DNA of 64,000 nt from Candidatus Latescibacterota bacterium (GCA_965205485.1 OZ242180.1:2624001-2688000); one strand, 5' to 3'; numbered from the stretch's first letter, positions 1 through 10,793 are shown. Notes: generated from the letters alone by a model not told the origin. Numbers and translations are program-made.

Positions 1-1342
1 CCTGGTTGTGGGCCTGTGGAGAACGAAAGTACTGATCGAGCGGGTTGTCGTAGGGCCCCCAGCGGGTGGCCTCCACGGCCAGCGGTTCTCCATGGGCGTA
101 GAGCTCGAAATCGAGCAAGTCGTTATGGGTATGGCCTCCGCCCCATGGTCCATAGTTGACGATCAGATACCGTGCATCCTCACTCCAGTCCGAACGCATG
201 ATGGCAAATCCCGACGGCCGATTGTCTACAGACGTATAGTCGGGTTTCTTCGGCCGGATTCGGGACGCGGATTCGATCCTGCCGCGCACGGGCCAGAGGT
301 ATCGGCCGTCTCCGGTAAGTTCGGATGCTCGCCGCAATATGCCATCCTGCGGGCCGATGCCGCCGTCGTTGAATCCCTGGGACTCGCCCAGGGGGGAGGT
401 GGTGGACAGAAACCAGTCGTACATCCGTACAAGGCCGGCGCGCAGGTCGGCTTCCATCGTGATGTAAGGGATCCTGTCCGAGAACGTCAGGAGATCCTCG
501 CTGATGCGGGTACACCACGAGCCATAGCCTGAGGCGCGTTCGTGGTGGCAGCCGTCATCATAAAAGTCCCTGTCGACGTGCTCCAGGAGTCGCTTCACGC
601 CGATATTGACCCAGCGTCGCGCCTCCCTGAATTCCGGGAAGAGGCCGCCGGCATAGACGAGCGCCCACGAGCCGCACATCTGCCAGTTCCCGCTGCGGTA
701 GCCTTCCTCTTTTTCAAGGAGATAGAGCCAGCGTCCCGCGCCCAGAATGGATTTCAACATGCGTCGATGGGTGACGGGCCTCAGGATGCCGGTGGACCGG
801 TACGCGAAATAGTGATCGATGAACCGCGGAGTTCGACCCCCCAGCCCGAGTTCGTAGAAAATGACGTCGTATCTGGCGGGGTTGTCAATGCTGTTACGCT
901 GCTCGTACCACTGGTTGAACAGGTCGTCGAAACATTCCACGTAGCGGGGGTCGCCGGTCTGTCCGAAAGCGACCCGCAGGCAGTCGGACCATCCCCAGTA
1001 GTGGGTCCCGTAGATGCCCGAGCGCCCCCAGTTCGCATTGAAGTCGACTTTCTTTCCGAACTTGTACGTCAGGTCGTGCCAGCCCTGAATCTCGTGCGCG
1101 ACGACTCGTTCGGCCTCGCGAACGCGTTCAGGGTCCGGCTTGTCGCCGGTTGGCGCAACCATATTGAGGGGCTCTTTCCGTGCGGAAAAGTAATCGCCCC
1201 AGGCCGCGGCCGCCTGCTTCCATTTCCCTGCCTTCACCGCTTTTCGGACGGGCTTCAGGTCCGCCCGCTTCAGGTCGATCGCGGCGAAGAGGTCCTTGTT
1301 GGAGATGGAACGCATTCTTGACCGGCTGATTTCAGGAGGCAT
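1..1342 (-). CDS. Heparinase II/III-family (polysaccharide lyase-like) protein, 3' end runs off the window
   Basis: Manual translation from ATG 1342 (alternative 1315) stays open to the window edge, so it is absent from the ORF track. It contains DGCHHERASGY and SGFAIMRSDWSEDARYLIVNYGPWGGGHTHNDLLDFELYAHGEPLAVE...PQAHN, typical of the Hepar_II_III domain. Confidence 0.75.
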   Translation of the reverse strand, partial: MPPEISRSRMRSISNKDLFAAIDLKRADLKPVRKAVKAGKWKQAAAAWGDYFSARKEPLNMVAPTGDKPDPERVREAERVVAHEIQGWHDLTYKFGKKVDFNANWGRSGIYGTHYWGWSDCLRVAFGQTGDPRYVECFDDLFNQWYEQRNSIDNPARYDVIFYELGLGGRTPRFIDHYFAYRSTGILRPVTHRRMLKSILGAGRWLYLLEKEEGYRSGNWQMCGSWALVYAGGLFPEFREARRWVNIGVKRLLEHVDRDFYDDGCHHERASGYGSWCTRISEDLLTFSDRIPYITMEADLRAGLVRMYDWFLSTTSPLGESQGFNDGGIGPQDGILRRASELTGDGRYLWPVRGRIESASRIRPKKPDYTSVDNRPSGFAIMRSDWSEDARYLIVNYGPWGGGHTHNDLLDFELYAHGEPLAVEATRWGPYDNPLDQYFRSPQAHNQ

Positions 1343-1517
1343 GGATCGGGTCCTCGCACCTTGCACGTCTGGGTTGCAATCGCGGCTGCAAAATTAACGT
1401 AAAATTGGAAATCGTTCGCGGCAGGAATGTACGGTCGTTCAGGAGAAGTCAAGGACTAACCAGGATTCGTCGTTTTTCGGTGACGTTAGCGGGACCTCTC
1501 CCTCCAGCCCCTCAGAA

Positions 1518-1729
1518 GCGGTGAGACGTAAGACGGGAGAGGACCACACCCCACCCCGACACCGGGTGAGAGGGTAGACGGTAGACGGGAGAGATTACCT
1601 GCCTCGTGAGGATTCTCTTCGTGCCGAAGGCAATGAGGAATGACATACCGGGCAAGTATTTCTTCTACCGTCTACCGGCTCCCGTCTACCCGCTTTTGGT
1701 CTACCGTCTTCCCTCTGCCCTCTACCCGC
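1518..1729. repeat. Inverted arrays of degenerate heptamers (GTAGACG/GGAGACG versus CGTCTAC/CTACCGT)
   Basis: Left arms at 1518-1542 and 1563-1593 (gtgagagggtagacggtagacgggagag). Complementary right arms at 1663-1693 and 1699-1729 (ctaccgtctaccggctcccgtctacccg). Confidence 0.7.
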
Positions 1730-1731
1730 AT

Positions 1732-2439
1732 TCAGGCACGACCCAAGGCGTCTACGGAGTGCTGGATGACGCGTGCGGCGGACTCGAGGCAGGTTCGGCC
1801 CGTATTCACGACGACGTGATACAGGGCAGGATCGTCCCAGTCGAAGTGGTAGTTGTCTTTGAGGTAGGCGGCCCGGCGTCTGTCACTTTTCTGAATCAGT
1901 TCTCCGGCCTCTTTACGGGTACTCAGCTTCTGGCGTTCCATCACCACCTGGATGCGTCTTTCCATGGGAGCCACGGTGCGGACGTGCAGCGTATTGGGGT
2001 CATCCCGAAGGATCGCCTGGCCTCCACGGCCTACGATGATTACCCTGTCCCGTTTTCGAAGGCGTTGGACCGTGGCCTGAAGGAATCTGAGGTAGTCCCT
2101 CTGGTCCAGAAGGTGCTTTTCCTCGTTGACCGTAGCCTCGCCGGCCAGTAGCGCCGCCGATACCTCGTACGGAAACTCCAGCCCCCAGAGCATCGCCGGG
2201 GGTGTCGGTACGGACCGGGACGGAACGATCAGGCTGTGGATGAATCGTTTTACCGCACTCTGCGTCTGTTCGTCGAATTTCTCGACTTCGGATTCCGGCA
2301 CATTGGCTTCTCTCGCGACTTCCGTGATGAGGTTCTTGTCCACGAAGTCGTAGCTGAGAACTTCCGATGCCCGGCGCGCTACCAGATCGCCAATGCTGCC
2401 GAGCTGGCGTGAGACGGTAATGACGGCCACGCGAGTCAT
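1732..2439 (-). CDS. Cytidylate kinase-like family protein
   Basis: N-terminal ITVSRQLGSIG P-loop variant, plus IIVGRGG, SDRRRAAY and WDDPALYHVVVNT motifs; 235 aa. Confidence 0.85.
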   Translation of the reverse strand: MTRVAVITVSRQLGSIGDLVARRASEVLSYDFVDKNLITEVAREANVPESEVEKFDEQTQSAVKRFIHSLIVPSRSVPTPPAMLWGLEFPYEVSAALLAGEATVNEEKHLLDQRDYLRFLQATVQRLRKRDRVIIVGRGGQAILRDDPNTLHVRTVAPMERRIQVVMERQKLSTRKEAGELIQKSDRRRAAYLKDNYHFDWDDPALYHVVVNTGRTCLESAARVIQHSVDALGRA

Positions 2440-2505
2440 CCTGTGCGGTGGGGCGACGGATCAGGAACGCACGGGCTCGCCCGGACTCCGCTGTTGAGAC
2501 CGCTT

Positions 2506-4326
2506 CTAAAAGTTGGAGTAGAAGAGATGCCGGTTGTCGATGATTTCCGCCTGGTCTTTAAGGTCGCTGAACCATGCCGCAAGGACTTCGTTCTGTTTCT
2601 CAGAACGCAGGCGCTGAACCAGTTCAGGGCCTGCCGCCTCGAATTCGGTTTCGTCAATCGGCTTTCTTTCCAGCACCTGCAGCACGTACGCGCCACGGTC
2701 CGTGGTGACCACGTCGCTGGTGGCTCCCTCTTCAAGCCGGAAGGCCGTGCCGGTAAACGCGTTCCTGCGGCCGACACCCTGAACGAATTCGTCGCGGCCG
2801 AAGGGTTTGGATTCGGCGAAGCGAACATTGCGATGGCCTGCCGCCTCTTCAAGGCTTTGTCCGGAACGAACGTCCTCGAGAAGCGGTACGACGCGCGCAG
2901 ATGCAATCCTGACTTTTTCGGCCGTCTTGAGTTTGGTTGAAATGCGATTGTGGACTTCGTCCAGCGGTTGCGGGCCCGCCTCGCGCCTCGCCACGAGGGC
3001 GAAGACATAGATGCCCTCTTCAGTCTCGTAAACTGGAGAGATCCTCCCCGGCGACGCCGTGAGGAAGGAATTCACCAGTCCGGACGTCCTGTTTCCCAAC
3101 AGTGGGAAAAACCCGCCCGCGGTGATAAAACCGGTGTCTTTCGCCTGCAGGCTCTGATCTGCCACCGCCGTCAGGAAGTCCGATTCTTCCGCCCGTTCCT
3201 GAAAGCGTTCGGCCTCGAGACGGAGGCTGTCCAGCGTGTCTCTGCCGGGACGGATTTTCAGAAGGATGTGCCTGGCGCGTACCTGGAGCCCGTCACCCTC
3301 GCCCTTGCGTTCCTCGACCTTTAGAACGTGCCAGCCGAACTGGGACCGAACGGGTTCTGAGACATCGCCCGGGCTGAGAGCAAAGGCCGCGTCCTCGAAT
3401 GGCTTTACCATCCTTCCGCGCCCGAAGAACCCGAGGTCTCCGCCCCTTTCCGCGCTGCCCGGATCATCCGAATTGCTTTCGGCCAGCGCGGCGAAGTCTC
3501 CACCGGCGCGGATTTCGGCGAGCACGTCGCGGATTTCGGCTTCGGCACCGGCTTCGTCCGCCGCGGAAGGTTTCTTCTCGAAGGCGACATACGAGGCATT
3601 GACGGCCGCTTCGCGGTGGAATTCGTCAAGGTGGTCTCCATAATAGGCGCGAATCCGATCATCCGGGACGGAAACCAGCGAGTCGGCGATGGAATAGGCC
3701 TCGACAGCCGCATAGGCGACGCGGACTTTCTCTTTCTGACGAACGAAAGCTTCCCGGACCTCCGCCGACGTCACCCGCACCCCGCCGGCGACCACTTCCT
3801 GCAGTTTGCTGATCAGAACGGCCTGTCTGACGGCGTATTCGGCGCTGAGTACGAACTGCTTTCTCTCGGGACTCGAGTAGGTGCCGGGATCGTCCAGAAA
3901 CCTGCCGTATTTATCCGGATCAAATTTTCCATCGGTTTGAAAGACTTCCTGGTTCTGCACCCATTCAACGGGCTGGTTCCGATTGATGAAGTTGACCTCA
4001 GCATCCGAAACCGCGATATCATGTTTCTCAATCTGCTGGGCGTACAGGATCTGTGCCACCATCTGGTCCCAGATCTGGCGGATGAGCTGGCCCTCTTCCG
4101 GTTCCGCGTTGTTCCGGGCTTTGGCCTGGCGTGAGGCGTCACGGAGCGCTTCGACGAATTGCTGGTGGCTGATCTTCTGACCGTTGATCACGCCCACGGA
4201 ATCACCCGGTCCGGCGCAGGTCATACCGCCGGCACCCCAGTCGAACACCATCAGCGCCACGAAGGAAATGGCCACGATCCACATCATGGCTTTGATGAGG
4301 ACCACGTTGCGCAGGTTTTTGAGCAT
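2506..4326 (-). CDS. PpiD/SurA-like parvulin peptidyl-prolyl isomerase with N-terminal membrane anchor
   Basis: N-terminal TM segment, SurA-N-like region, rotamase motif [24 protein letters not shown]...FEDAAF...SQFGWHVL. Start set at MLKNLR (4326). Confidence 0.88.
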   Translation of the reverse strand: MLKNLRNVVLIKAMMWIVAISFVALMVFDWGAGGMTCAGPGDSVGVINGQKISHQQFVEALRDASRQAKARNNAEPEEGQLIRQIWDQMVAQILYAQQIEKHDIAVSDAEVNFINRNQPVEWVQNQEVFQTDGKFDPDKYGRFLDDPGTYSSPERKQFVLSAEYAVRQAVLISKLQEVVAGGVRVTSAEVREAFVRQKEKVRVAYAAVEAYSIADSLVSVPDDRIRAYYGDHLDEFHREAAVNASYVAFEKKPSAADEAGAEAEIRDVLAEIRAGGDFAALAESNSDDPGSAERGGDLGFFGRGRMVKPFEDAAFALSPGDVSEPVRSQFGWHVLKVEERKGEGDGLQVRARHILLKIRPGRDTLDSLRLEAERFQERAEESDFLTAVADQSLQAKDTGFITAGGFFPLLGNRTSGLVNSFLTASPGRISPVYETEEGIYVFALVARREAGPQPLDEVHNRISTKLKTAEKVRIASARVVPLLEDVRSGQSLEEAAGHRNVRFAESKPFGRDEFVQGVGRRNAFTGTAFRLEEGATSDVVTTDRGAYVLQVLERKPIDETEFEAAGPELVQRLRSEKQNEVLAAWFSDLKDQAEIIDNRHLFYSNF

Positions 4327-4483
4327 GCGATAAACACCCTCCGATGGAAGGAAAGAAGGTGGCATATCGAGCCGCCGTCCGCCCTCGGATTTTCCGAATA
4401 ACTACATAACAACACAATAAATTATAGGAACGCGGATCTGCAGGCAAGTCTTTTCTGCCTGCCGGAAAAAAGCCGGTGCCGTC

Positions 4484-4512
4484 TTGACCCCGGCAAGCAA
4501 AATACCTATACT
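4484..4512 (+). promoter_or_regulatory. Putative sigma70-type promoter for the M23/rhomboid genes
   Basis: TTGACC (4484-4489), 17 nt spacer, TATACT (4507-4512), about 60 nt upstream of ATG 4576. Confidence 0.6.
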
Positions 4513-4575
4513 GTGTCGCGCATGATCCCGCGATAAACAACCGATCGAGTTGCCGGATGGGGAGGTCCGATACCG

Positions 4576-6855
4576 ATGCGGCTGATCCTGCTGTTGTGTT
4601 GTCTCTGTCTTGTGGATTCCGGCATCGCGGAAGCCCGGGACTACCATTGGCCGATGGAGGCGCCGCCCGCCCTCACCTCTTCGTTCGGTGAATATCGGCC
4701 GCGGCGTTTCCATGCGGGGATCGACTTCAAGACCTGGGGGAAGGAAGGGTACCCCGTGCTGGCCGTTGACGACGGGTACGTCTGGCGGGTCCGGACATCG
4801 CCCTGGGGTTATGGAAAGGTGGTATACATCCGGTTGAAAGACGGCAGAACCGCGGTCTATGCGCATCTCTCGGGCTTTGCGCCCCGGGTACGGGACGTTG
4901 TCGAGGCGGAACAGGAGCGAAGGGGCTTTTACAGCGTTAATCTCTTCTTCAAGCCGAACCAGATTCAGGTCAAACGCGGGGAGACGCTCGGATATTCCGG
5001 CAGTACCGGCAGCGGGGCGCCGCATCTGCATTTTGAGATTCGCGACAGGAATCAGCGGCCTATCAACGGGCTGCTTCACGGTTTCGAGGTGAAGGACACC
5101 GTTGCGCCAACCGTACAATCCCTCGCGCTGATTCCAATGGACGCCGGGTCCCGCGTTTCTGACAAAGCGGACCCCGTGACGATCGGCGTGAAGTGGCGCC
5201 CCGAACTGAAGCGCTACGTCGCACGCAGCGTGCCCATGATCGCCGGGCGCATCGGCGTAAGCGTCAAGGCCTACGACCGGGCCGACGCAAGTGTACTCAG
5301 CAACCGCATCGCGCCTTACCGACTGCGGCTTTACGTAAACGGCCGTGAGGTCTTCGTAACCACGTACACAGTCTTCGCGTACAATCAGGTCAACCAGGTC
5401 GAACTGGATCGCAATTTCGCCCTGAAGGTTCGCGGCGCCGGGATCTATCACAACCTGTACCGCGCCGCGGGCAACCAACTTCCGATTTACGGGAAGTACA
5501 GGGTTGGCGACGGCGTCCTTCACGCGGGAATCTCAACCTCCGGCCGCGGTGTTGCCCTGAACCCGGGCAGAAATCGACTCCGGGTGTTGGTTGAAGACGT
5601 GGCCGGGAATCGTACCCGCGTGGATTTGGAGGTGATCGTGAACTCGGTTCCCCGCGTAATCAACGCGCGCGCTGAGTTCAACGGCGGTTCGGTTCGGATG
5701 CGTGCGCGAGTGCGGGACGAGAATCCGGAAACGGTCGTTGTGGAACGGTCTTCGAATGGCGGACGATCCTGGCGCCCCATAAAACTCGTCGAACCTGATT
5801 CGTCAGGCCGGGTTCGCGCGGAATTCTCTCACGTCCCGGATGCGGTCTACAGGGTTCGCGCCCGGGACCGTTTTCAGTCGGAAGGTTTTCAGGTCTGCGC
5901 GCCTGTTCCGCCGCCGGAGAGCGACCCAAAGCCGGGCCTGCTCGATTGCACCGTACGCTACTATTCCGACTTCGCCGTCTTGAAGATCGAGTCGAAAAAG
6001 CTGTTGTCGGCCGCACCGGACGTCACCCTGAGATGGCCCCCGAACAGCGAGACGGCGTCCGAGGTCATTCAGAGGAGTCTTTACGGCTACGAAACCATTG
6101 TACGATTCGATCCGGACGTGGAAGGGGAAGTTGCGGCAGTCCTGTCCGCGGTCGATTGGAAGGGCAATAGGGGGCGCAGCGTGGTACGCCTCGCGCAGAC
6201 GCCGGTGCGTCGGAGGGGTGCGGTCGTGCGGTCCCCCGACGGCATGGCGGAAGCCCGCTTTGACGCCGATGACGTCTACGGCCCATTCTTTGGACGCATC
6301 TCGGCCGTTCCGGGAAAAGGCTCGAAACGCCTGAAGATGGTTGGAACGCGTTTCCGGTTCGGTCCGGAGGACGTGCCGTTCCGGCGCAAGGTTGAAATCG
6401 TCCTCCGATACCCGGCGGACTTCGGCCGACCCGAGCGATTGGGAATCTATCGGTTGACCCGGGGCGGCGCCTGGGTATTCGTGGGCAACCGCGCCGTTCG
6501 GGGGCGCCCTGCCGTGGCTGCCGAAGTCTCGAGTTTTTCCACCTATGCGCTGTTGCTGGATGAGACGCCTCCCAGGGTGAGAATCCAGCGCCCGGAGCCG
6601 CGCGCGAAGGTTTCGGACAGACGGCCCGTGCTAGTCGCCGCGATAGGCGACCCGGGTTCGGGAATACGACGGGAAAAGGATATCCTCATGCTTCTGGACG
6701 GAAAACGGTTGATTGCGGAATACGATCCCGACGCGGGCCAGGTCAAGGCCCGGCCCAGGCAGCCGATAGCGGCCGGAATCCACAAGCTGGAGGTCATCGT
6801 AACCGACGCCTGCGGCAACCGGGCCCGGGCGGTGCGTTCGTTCACGGTTCGATAG
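4576..6855 (+). CDS. Secreted M23-family metallopeptidase with C-terminal Ig-like extensions
   Basis: Signal peptide; HAGIDF (HxxxD), YAHLS and SGSTGSGAPHLHFEIR (HxH) motifs; RBS ggagg. Confidence 0.88.
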   Translation: MRLILLLCCLCLVDSGIAEARDYHWPMEAPPALTSSFGEYRPRRFHAGIDFKTWGKEGYPVLAVDDGYVWRVRTSPWGYGKVVYIRLKDGRTAVYAHLSGFAPRVRDVVEAEQERRGFYSVNLFFKPNQIQVKRGETLGYSGSTGSGAPHLHFEIRDRNQRPINGLLHGFEVKDTVAPTVQSLALIPMDAGSRVSDKADPVTIGVKWRPELKRYVARSVPMIAGRIGVSVKAYDRADASVLSNRIAPYRLRLYVNGREVFVTTYTVFAYNQVNQVELDRNFALKVRGAGIYHNLYRAAGNQLPIYGKYRVGDGVLHAGISTSGRGVALNPGRNRLRVLVEDVAGNRTRVDLEVIVNSVPRVINARAEFNGGSVRMRARVRDENPETVVVERSSNGGRSWRPIKLVEPDSSGRVRAEFSHVPDAVYRVRARDRFQSEGFQVCAPVPPPESDPKPGLLDCTVRYYSDFAVLKIESKKLLSAAPDVTLRWPPNSETASEVIQRSLYGYETIVRFDPDVEGEVAAVLSAVDWKGNRGRSVVRLAQTPVRRRGAVVRSPDGMAEARFDADDVYGPFFGRISAVPGKGSKRLKMVGTRFRFGPEDVPFRRKVEIVLRYPADFGRPERLGIYRLTRGGAWVFVGNRAVRGRPAVAAEVSSFSTYALLLDETPPRVRIQRPEPRAKVSDRRPVLVAAIGDPGSGIRREKDILMLLDGKRLIAEYDPDAGQVKARPRQPIAAGIHKLEVIVTDACGNRARAVRSFTVR

Positions 6856-6859
6856 GTAG

Positions 6860-7540
6860 ATGATACTGCCCATTAAAGATGACAATCCGACACGCCGCGC
6901 CCCCGTATTCACGGTGAGCATCCTGCTTCTGAATGTGGGGGTTTTCCTGTATTCGGTTTCCCTGGGGTCCATCGGTTTCGACGTCTTCACGTTGCGGATG
7001 GGACTGATCCCGTTTGAAGTCGCCCACGGTGTGGATGCCATCTCGCCAACGCCGATCCCGCTCTATCTCACGTTCCTGACGGCCCTGTTCATGCACGGCG
7101 GCTGGATGCATCTGGGCGGCAACATGCTCTATCTCTGGATTTTCGGGAACAACGTCGAAGATACGCTGGGAAGGCTTCGTTTTTTGCTGTTTTACGTGTT
7201 TTGCGGCGTGGCAGCCTCGCTGGGCCACGTTCTCTCCGATCCCGACTCGACGATACCGATGGTGGGCGCCAGCGGAGCGATCGCCGGTATTCTCGGGGCC
7301 TACCTGGCGCGGTTTCCCGGCGCCCGGGTGCATGTCTTCGTTTTCCTTCTCTTCTTTATCCAGATTGTGCGGGTGCCCGCGCTGCTCGTTCTGGGCGTCT
7401 GGTTTATCATCCAGCTGGTGAACGCGTCTGCCGAATCTGGAGGCGTGGGGGGCGGCGTGGCTTGGTATGCACATATCGGCGGGTTTATCGCGGGTTATCT
7501 GCTCATGCGCCGGTACGCCCGGCGATTCCAACGGAATTAG
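6860..7540 (+). CDS. Rhomboid-family intramembrane serine protease
   Basis: FMHGGWMHLGGNM, GASGA (catalytic Ser) and AHIGGF (catalytic His) motifs. Confidence 0.95.
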   Translation: MILPIKDDNPTRRAPVFTVSILLLNVGVFLYSVSLGSIGFDVFTLRMGLIPFEVAHGVDAISPTPIPLYLTFLTALFMHGGWMHLGGNMLYLWIFGNNVEDTLGRLRFLLFYVFCGVAASLGHVLSDPDSTIPMVGASGAIAGILGAYLARFPGARVHVFVFLLFFIQIVRVPALLVLGVWFIIQLVNASAESGGVGGGVAWYAHIGGFIAGYLLMRRYARRFQRN

Positions 7541-7581
7541 GAACAGTCCGGTCGCGCCGAATCGAGAGGCGTCACAACAGA

Positions 7582-7623
7582 GACGGGCCGCCTGCGAAAT
7601 TCGGGCGGCCTGTCGTTTTTTTC
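7582..7623 (+). terminator. Intrinsic terminator after the rhomboid gene
   Basis: gacgggccgcctg/cgggcggcctgtc stem followed by a T7 tract. Confidence 0.75.
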
Positions 7624-7664
7624 TGTACGTGCTCGCCTGATCTCCCTTCGCGCCGGCCTCCGGA

Positions 7665-10109
7665 TCATTTTTGGAGCGTGTCCGTTCGCAGGGCCGGGAC
7701 AAGGAACTGAAGATGCTCACGAAGTTGCTTTCGTTCCTCGTCGTGAGGACTGATACGAATCAGCTCCTCGAGGCAGAGGCTCGCACTGTCTCTCTTTTCG
7801 GCACGGAGAAAGCTGACGGCGAGCTTCCGGTAACTCTCGTGCATCAGCGAGTACCACACCTCACGCCCCACGGCTTCCGGAGGGATGGTGCTCTCCGCAA
7901 CCCTGATGATCTGCAGCGCTTCGGACGGGCGTTCCTGGAGGTGCAGCGTGCGCACGAGGCCTTCGAAGATCACCAGGTAATTGCTGATGAGGCGCCGGGC
8001 AACCGGGTCCTTGTATACGGTGGCGTCCGCGATTCCGGTATACCTGTAGTTCTCGAGCAGATGCCGGGAGGTCAGGCCGGCGTCGAACTGTCCGGGAGCC
8101 CGCTTCCGGACGAGCCGGTACACCATGCCTTCCATGGACAGGTGAGACCGAAGGCCGCCCATGTTGCGTTCGGGGACGGTCACCGCGAAGTATATCGGAC
8201 GCTGCCAGTTATTCCGGTCAACCAGGTACCAGATCATAAGCGTGTGAGATTCCAGAATGTCCATGCGCCTGCTACCCACCTGGAATTCGGTGAGCGGGAT
8301 GTCATCCGCCGTGACGATAATCGTGCTGTCGGCGAGTGGGATGTCATATCGTCTCGACCATGGTTTGGCGACAACCTGCTCATCGATGGTTGCATCCGTC
8401 ATCGTGATGGGAAGCATTGGCTTCAGGTCGCGCAGTTGTTTGACGTACCACGGCGTTTTGAGCAGGCTGAGGTTGACCACCCGGACGTCCCGGCGAAACC
8501 CCTCGACGTACTGGAGATACCACAGCGGGTAGGTGTCGTTGTCTCCGTTGGTGAAGATGATGGCGTTGGGTTCGCAGGAGCTCAGAATGTTCCGGGCGTA
8601 GTCGTGTGCGATGAAATCGCCCCTGCGGTCGCGTTCGAAGTGGTTGTTCTGCAGCAGGCCGATGGGCACGACCAGGCACACGACCGCGGCCACTGCCGCC
8701 GCGGGAACCGCGGCGAAACCGCGCGCGACGGCGACGATGAGGGCAGCGGCGCCGCCCCCGATCCACAGGGCGAAGAATGCGTACGCGCCAACGAAGATAT
8801 ACTCCCGTTCGCGGGGTTCGGGGTCGGGCATATTCAGGTACAACACCAGTCCGAACCCCATGAGCAGAATCATGGAGAACACGCTGGCGAATCGCTTCCA
8901 GTCTCTGTGGAGGTGGCTGACCGCGCCGACGACACCCAGGAGGATGGGCACAACCGAATACGCGATGGTTTCCCGGGTGCCGTCCAACGAGGCGACGGCC
9001 CTTCGGAACGTCCCGGACAGCATCTCGCCGACGGAAAATCGCTCCGTAAACGCAGGCAGTGTCTCCGAGAAGAATCGGCCGACGAGCCCCTGATCGTAAA
9101 ACGGGAACTGCTGGAGGAAATACTTGATGTGGATGTTGAGCTGAAAGTCCCAGAAATCGCCCCGGCGTGGAAAAATGGAGTGGACGCCGTATTGCTGGCG
9201 GGTGAGGAACGCCTTGAAATTCTCGTAGGTCTCCGGATTGTTCATATCGATGAAGGGATCCAGGCCCGAACGGATGTAGAGCATGGCGTACGTGGAATAT
9301 CCGAGTGCGATCATCGCCAGGGCGCAAAGCCAGAATGCGGGATGACGCCAGGCCGGGCGCAAGACCAGGAGCGCGGCGAGTACGGCCACGACCAGGACGG
9401 CCGTGATTGAAATATGAGGAGAGACGATACACAGAAAGGGAAAAGCCGTGAGCCCGATGACAACGGTTGCCTGCACGGAAGTGGAGCGATTCTTGAGCAG
9501 GTCGGAGAAGACCAGAATGAGGATTCCGGGCACGGTGAGCAGGCACTGCAGGTGCACGCCCGCGCCCAGAAAGAACAGGTAGACGATGAATATGAGCAGG
9601 CGGTCGCGATACCTGTCTTCCGGCGCGCCGTCCCAGCGCAGGGCCAGGTAGAATGCCAGGACGGTGAACAGCATGGACAGCGCGTAGACTTCGGCCTCGG
9701 TGGCATTTGCCCAGAAGGACGTGGAGAATGCCGCGGAAAGCGCAGCGACCGCGCCGCCTGTCAGGATGGCGATGCGGTCGGCCGCACGTCCGGGGCTGAG
9801 CCAGCGGGAGAGCAGCCGGACGCTGCAGAGGTATAACAGGACGGCGGTCGCGGCGCCGGAAAGCACCGAAATCAGGTTGACGCTGAAGGCGACGCTATCG
9901 GGAGTTGTGAAGAGGGTGAAGATGCGGCCCAGGAGGGTATGAAACGGCGCGCCGGGAGGGTGTGGAACACCGAGGATGTAAGAGGCCGCGATAAATTCAC
10001 CGGTGTCCCAGAAGGTTACCGTGGGCGCAACGGTTCGGATGTATACGAAACACGTGATCAGAAAGACAGCGGCGCCGATGAGCCGGTTCTGTTCCCGGAA
10101 CGTCCTCAT
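7665..10109 (-). CDS. DUF2723 / TMEM260-like GT-C membrane glycosyltransferase
   Basis: APTVTFWDTGEFIAASYILGVPHPPGAP, EAEVYAL, RERE and FTNGDNDTYPLWY motifs; multiple TM helices; 814 aa. Confidence 0.88.
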   Translation of the reverse strand: MRTFREQNRLIGAAVFLITCFVYIRTVAPTVTFWDTGEFIAASYILGVPHPPGAPFHTLLGRIFTLFTTPDSVAFSVNLISVLSGAATAVLLYLCSVRLLSRWLSPGRAADRIAILTGGAVAALSAAFSTSFWANATEAEVYALSMLFTVLAFYLALRWDGAPEDRYRDRLLIFIVYLFFLGAGVHLQCLLTVPGILILVFSDLLKNRSTSVQATVVIGLTAFPFLCIVSPHISITAVLVVAVLAALLVLRPAWRHPAFWLCALAMIALGYSTYAMLYIRSGLDPFIDMNNPETYENFKAFLTRQQYGVHSIFPRRGDFWDFQLNIHIKYFLQQFPFYDQGLVGRFFSETLPAFTERFSVGEMLSGTFRRAVASLDGTRETIAYSVVPILLGVVGAVSHLHRDWKRFASVFSMILLMGFGLVLYLNMPDPEPREREYIFVGAYAFFALWIGGGAAALIVAVARGFAAVPAAAVAAVVCLVVPIGLLQNNHFERDRRGDFIAHDYARNILSSCEPNAIIFTNGDNDTYPLWYLQYVEGFRRDVRVVNLSLLKTPWYVKQLRDLKPMLPITMTDATIDEQVVAKPWSRRYDIPLADSTIIVTADDIPLTEFQVGSRRMDILESHTLMIWYLVDRNNWQRPIYFAVTVPERNMGGLRSHLSMEGMVYRLVRKRAPGQFDAGLTSRHLLENYRYTGIADATVYKDPVARRLISNYLVIFEGLVRTLHLQERPSEALQIIRVAESTIPPEAVGREVWYSLMHESYRKLAVSFLRAEKRDSASLCLEELIRISPHDEERKQLREHLQFLVPALRTDTLQK

Positions 10110-10197
10110 GGATGCCTCAGGCTATGTCGGCCCTCGGGACTTCCAGGGCAGGTAAACCGGCTCTTCGGCAATGCTGAATGACGACCCATGGCGGCGA

Positions 10198-10449
10198 TCA
10201 CTCTTCTGGCAGTTCTTCGGGGCCGTAGATGCGGATGGATTCGTACTGCTTTTCGTAGATGGCGTAGTAGACGTTGCCGTCCTTCAGAATCCAGGCGCTC
10301 GTACCCGCGCCGGTGATGGCAACACTGGAGCCCGCCTCCTCACTCTGTGCATGGGCCGTGCCGGGAGACCAGAGCGGTCGGACCAGGTTGGCAATCAGCA
10401 GGAGTGCGACAACAGCCAGGAGCGACTTCAGGGATTTACTGTTCGACAT
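10198..10449 (-). CDS. Small exported/membrane-anchored hypothetical protein
   Basis: 83 aa with an N-terminal hydrophobic helix and AHA cleavage-like site; RBS-like aaagga upstream. Confidence 0.6.
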   Translation of the reverse strand: MSNSKSLKSLLAVVALLLIANLVRPLWSPGTAHAQSEEAGSSVAITGAGTSAWILKDGNVYYAIYEKQYESIRIYGPEELPEE

Positions 10450-10572
10450 GGGGCTGAATCCTTTCGGTGAAAGAAGACGTTGAACGGTGTGTGGAGGGTT
10501 GTACGCTCCACCAATCTACAAGTTTCACGAATTTCCGTCAAGCGAGGGCAGGCAGGACCGGGTCATCCATCG

Positions 10573-10613
10573 AAAAAAAAGCCACAGCCTTCGCGTGACG
10601 CCGGCTGTGGCTT
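10573..10613 (-). terminator. Intrinsic terminator downstream of the sigma factor gene
   Basis: Minus strand reads aagccacagcc-loop-ggctgtggc followed by T8. Confidence 0.75.
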
Positions 10614-10615
10614 GG

Positions 10616-10775
10616 CAGTCCGTTGAAACAGTCCATCCGGGCTGCGTCCGGCCCTTGTGGCCGAATGACTGCGTTGCGCTCCCTCGCCGAATCGCTCGAT
10701 GGGACTCGGTCGCGCGCCTTGCCTTCAGCCACAATGACTCGGCCTCGCCTGCAGAGCGACTCTTCCATCGGACTG
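10616..10775. mobile_element. MITE family B, copy 1 (degenerate, opposite orientation to copies 2 and 3)
   Basis: Ends cagtccgttga.../...ccatcggactg. The interior is the reverse complement of 31579-31724 (e.g. ctcgcctgcagagcgac and ctgcgttgcgctccctcgccgaatcg). Confidence 0.8.
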
Positions 10776-10793
10776 TATGGACGCATACCGTCT

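Noticed and set aside
1..1342. Plus-strand ORFs 8-532 and 542-1321, and the idea that the heparinase-like gene is frameshifted
   Set aside because: Both plus ORFs are antisense shadows in register with one continuous minus-strand frame. That frame is missing from the track only because its stop lies outside the window.
4421..4447. Minus-strand TTGCCT/TATAAT promoter for the PPIase, and a similar TTGACT/TACATT pair at 1426-1452
   Set aside because: The spacers are only 15 nt. The -10 elements are plausible but the pairs are not supportable.
7671..9410. Long antisense ORFs (e.g. 7671-9410, 19116-20459, 36583-38262, 4402-5523)
   Set aside because: They are shadows of well-supported genes in high-GC DNA and have no recognisable motifs.
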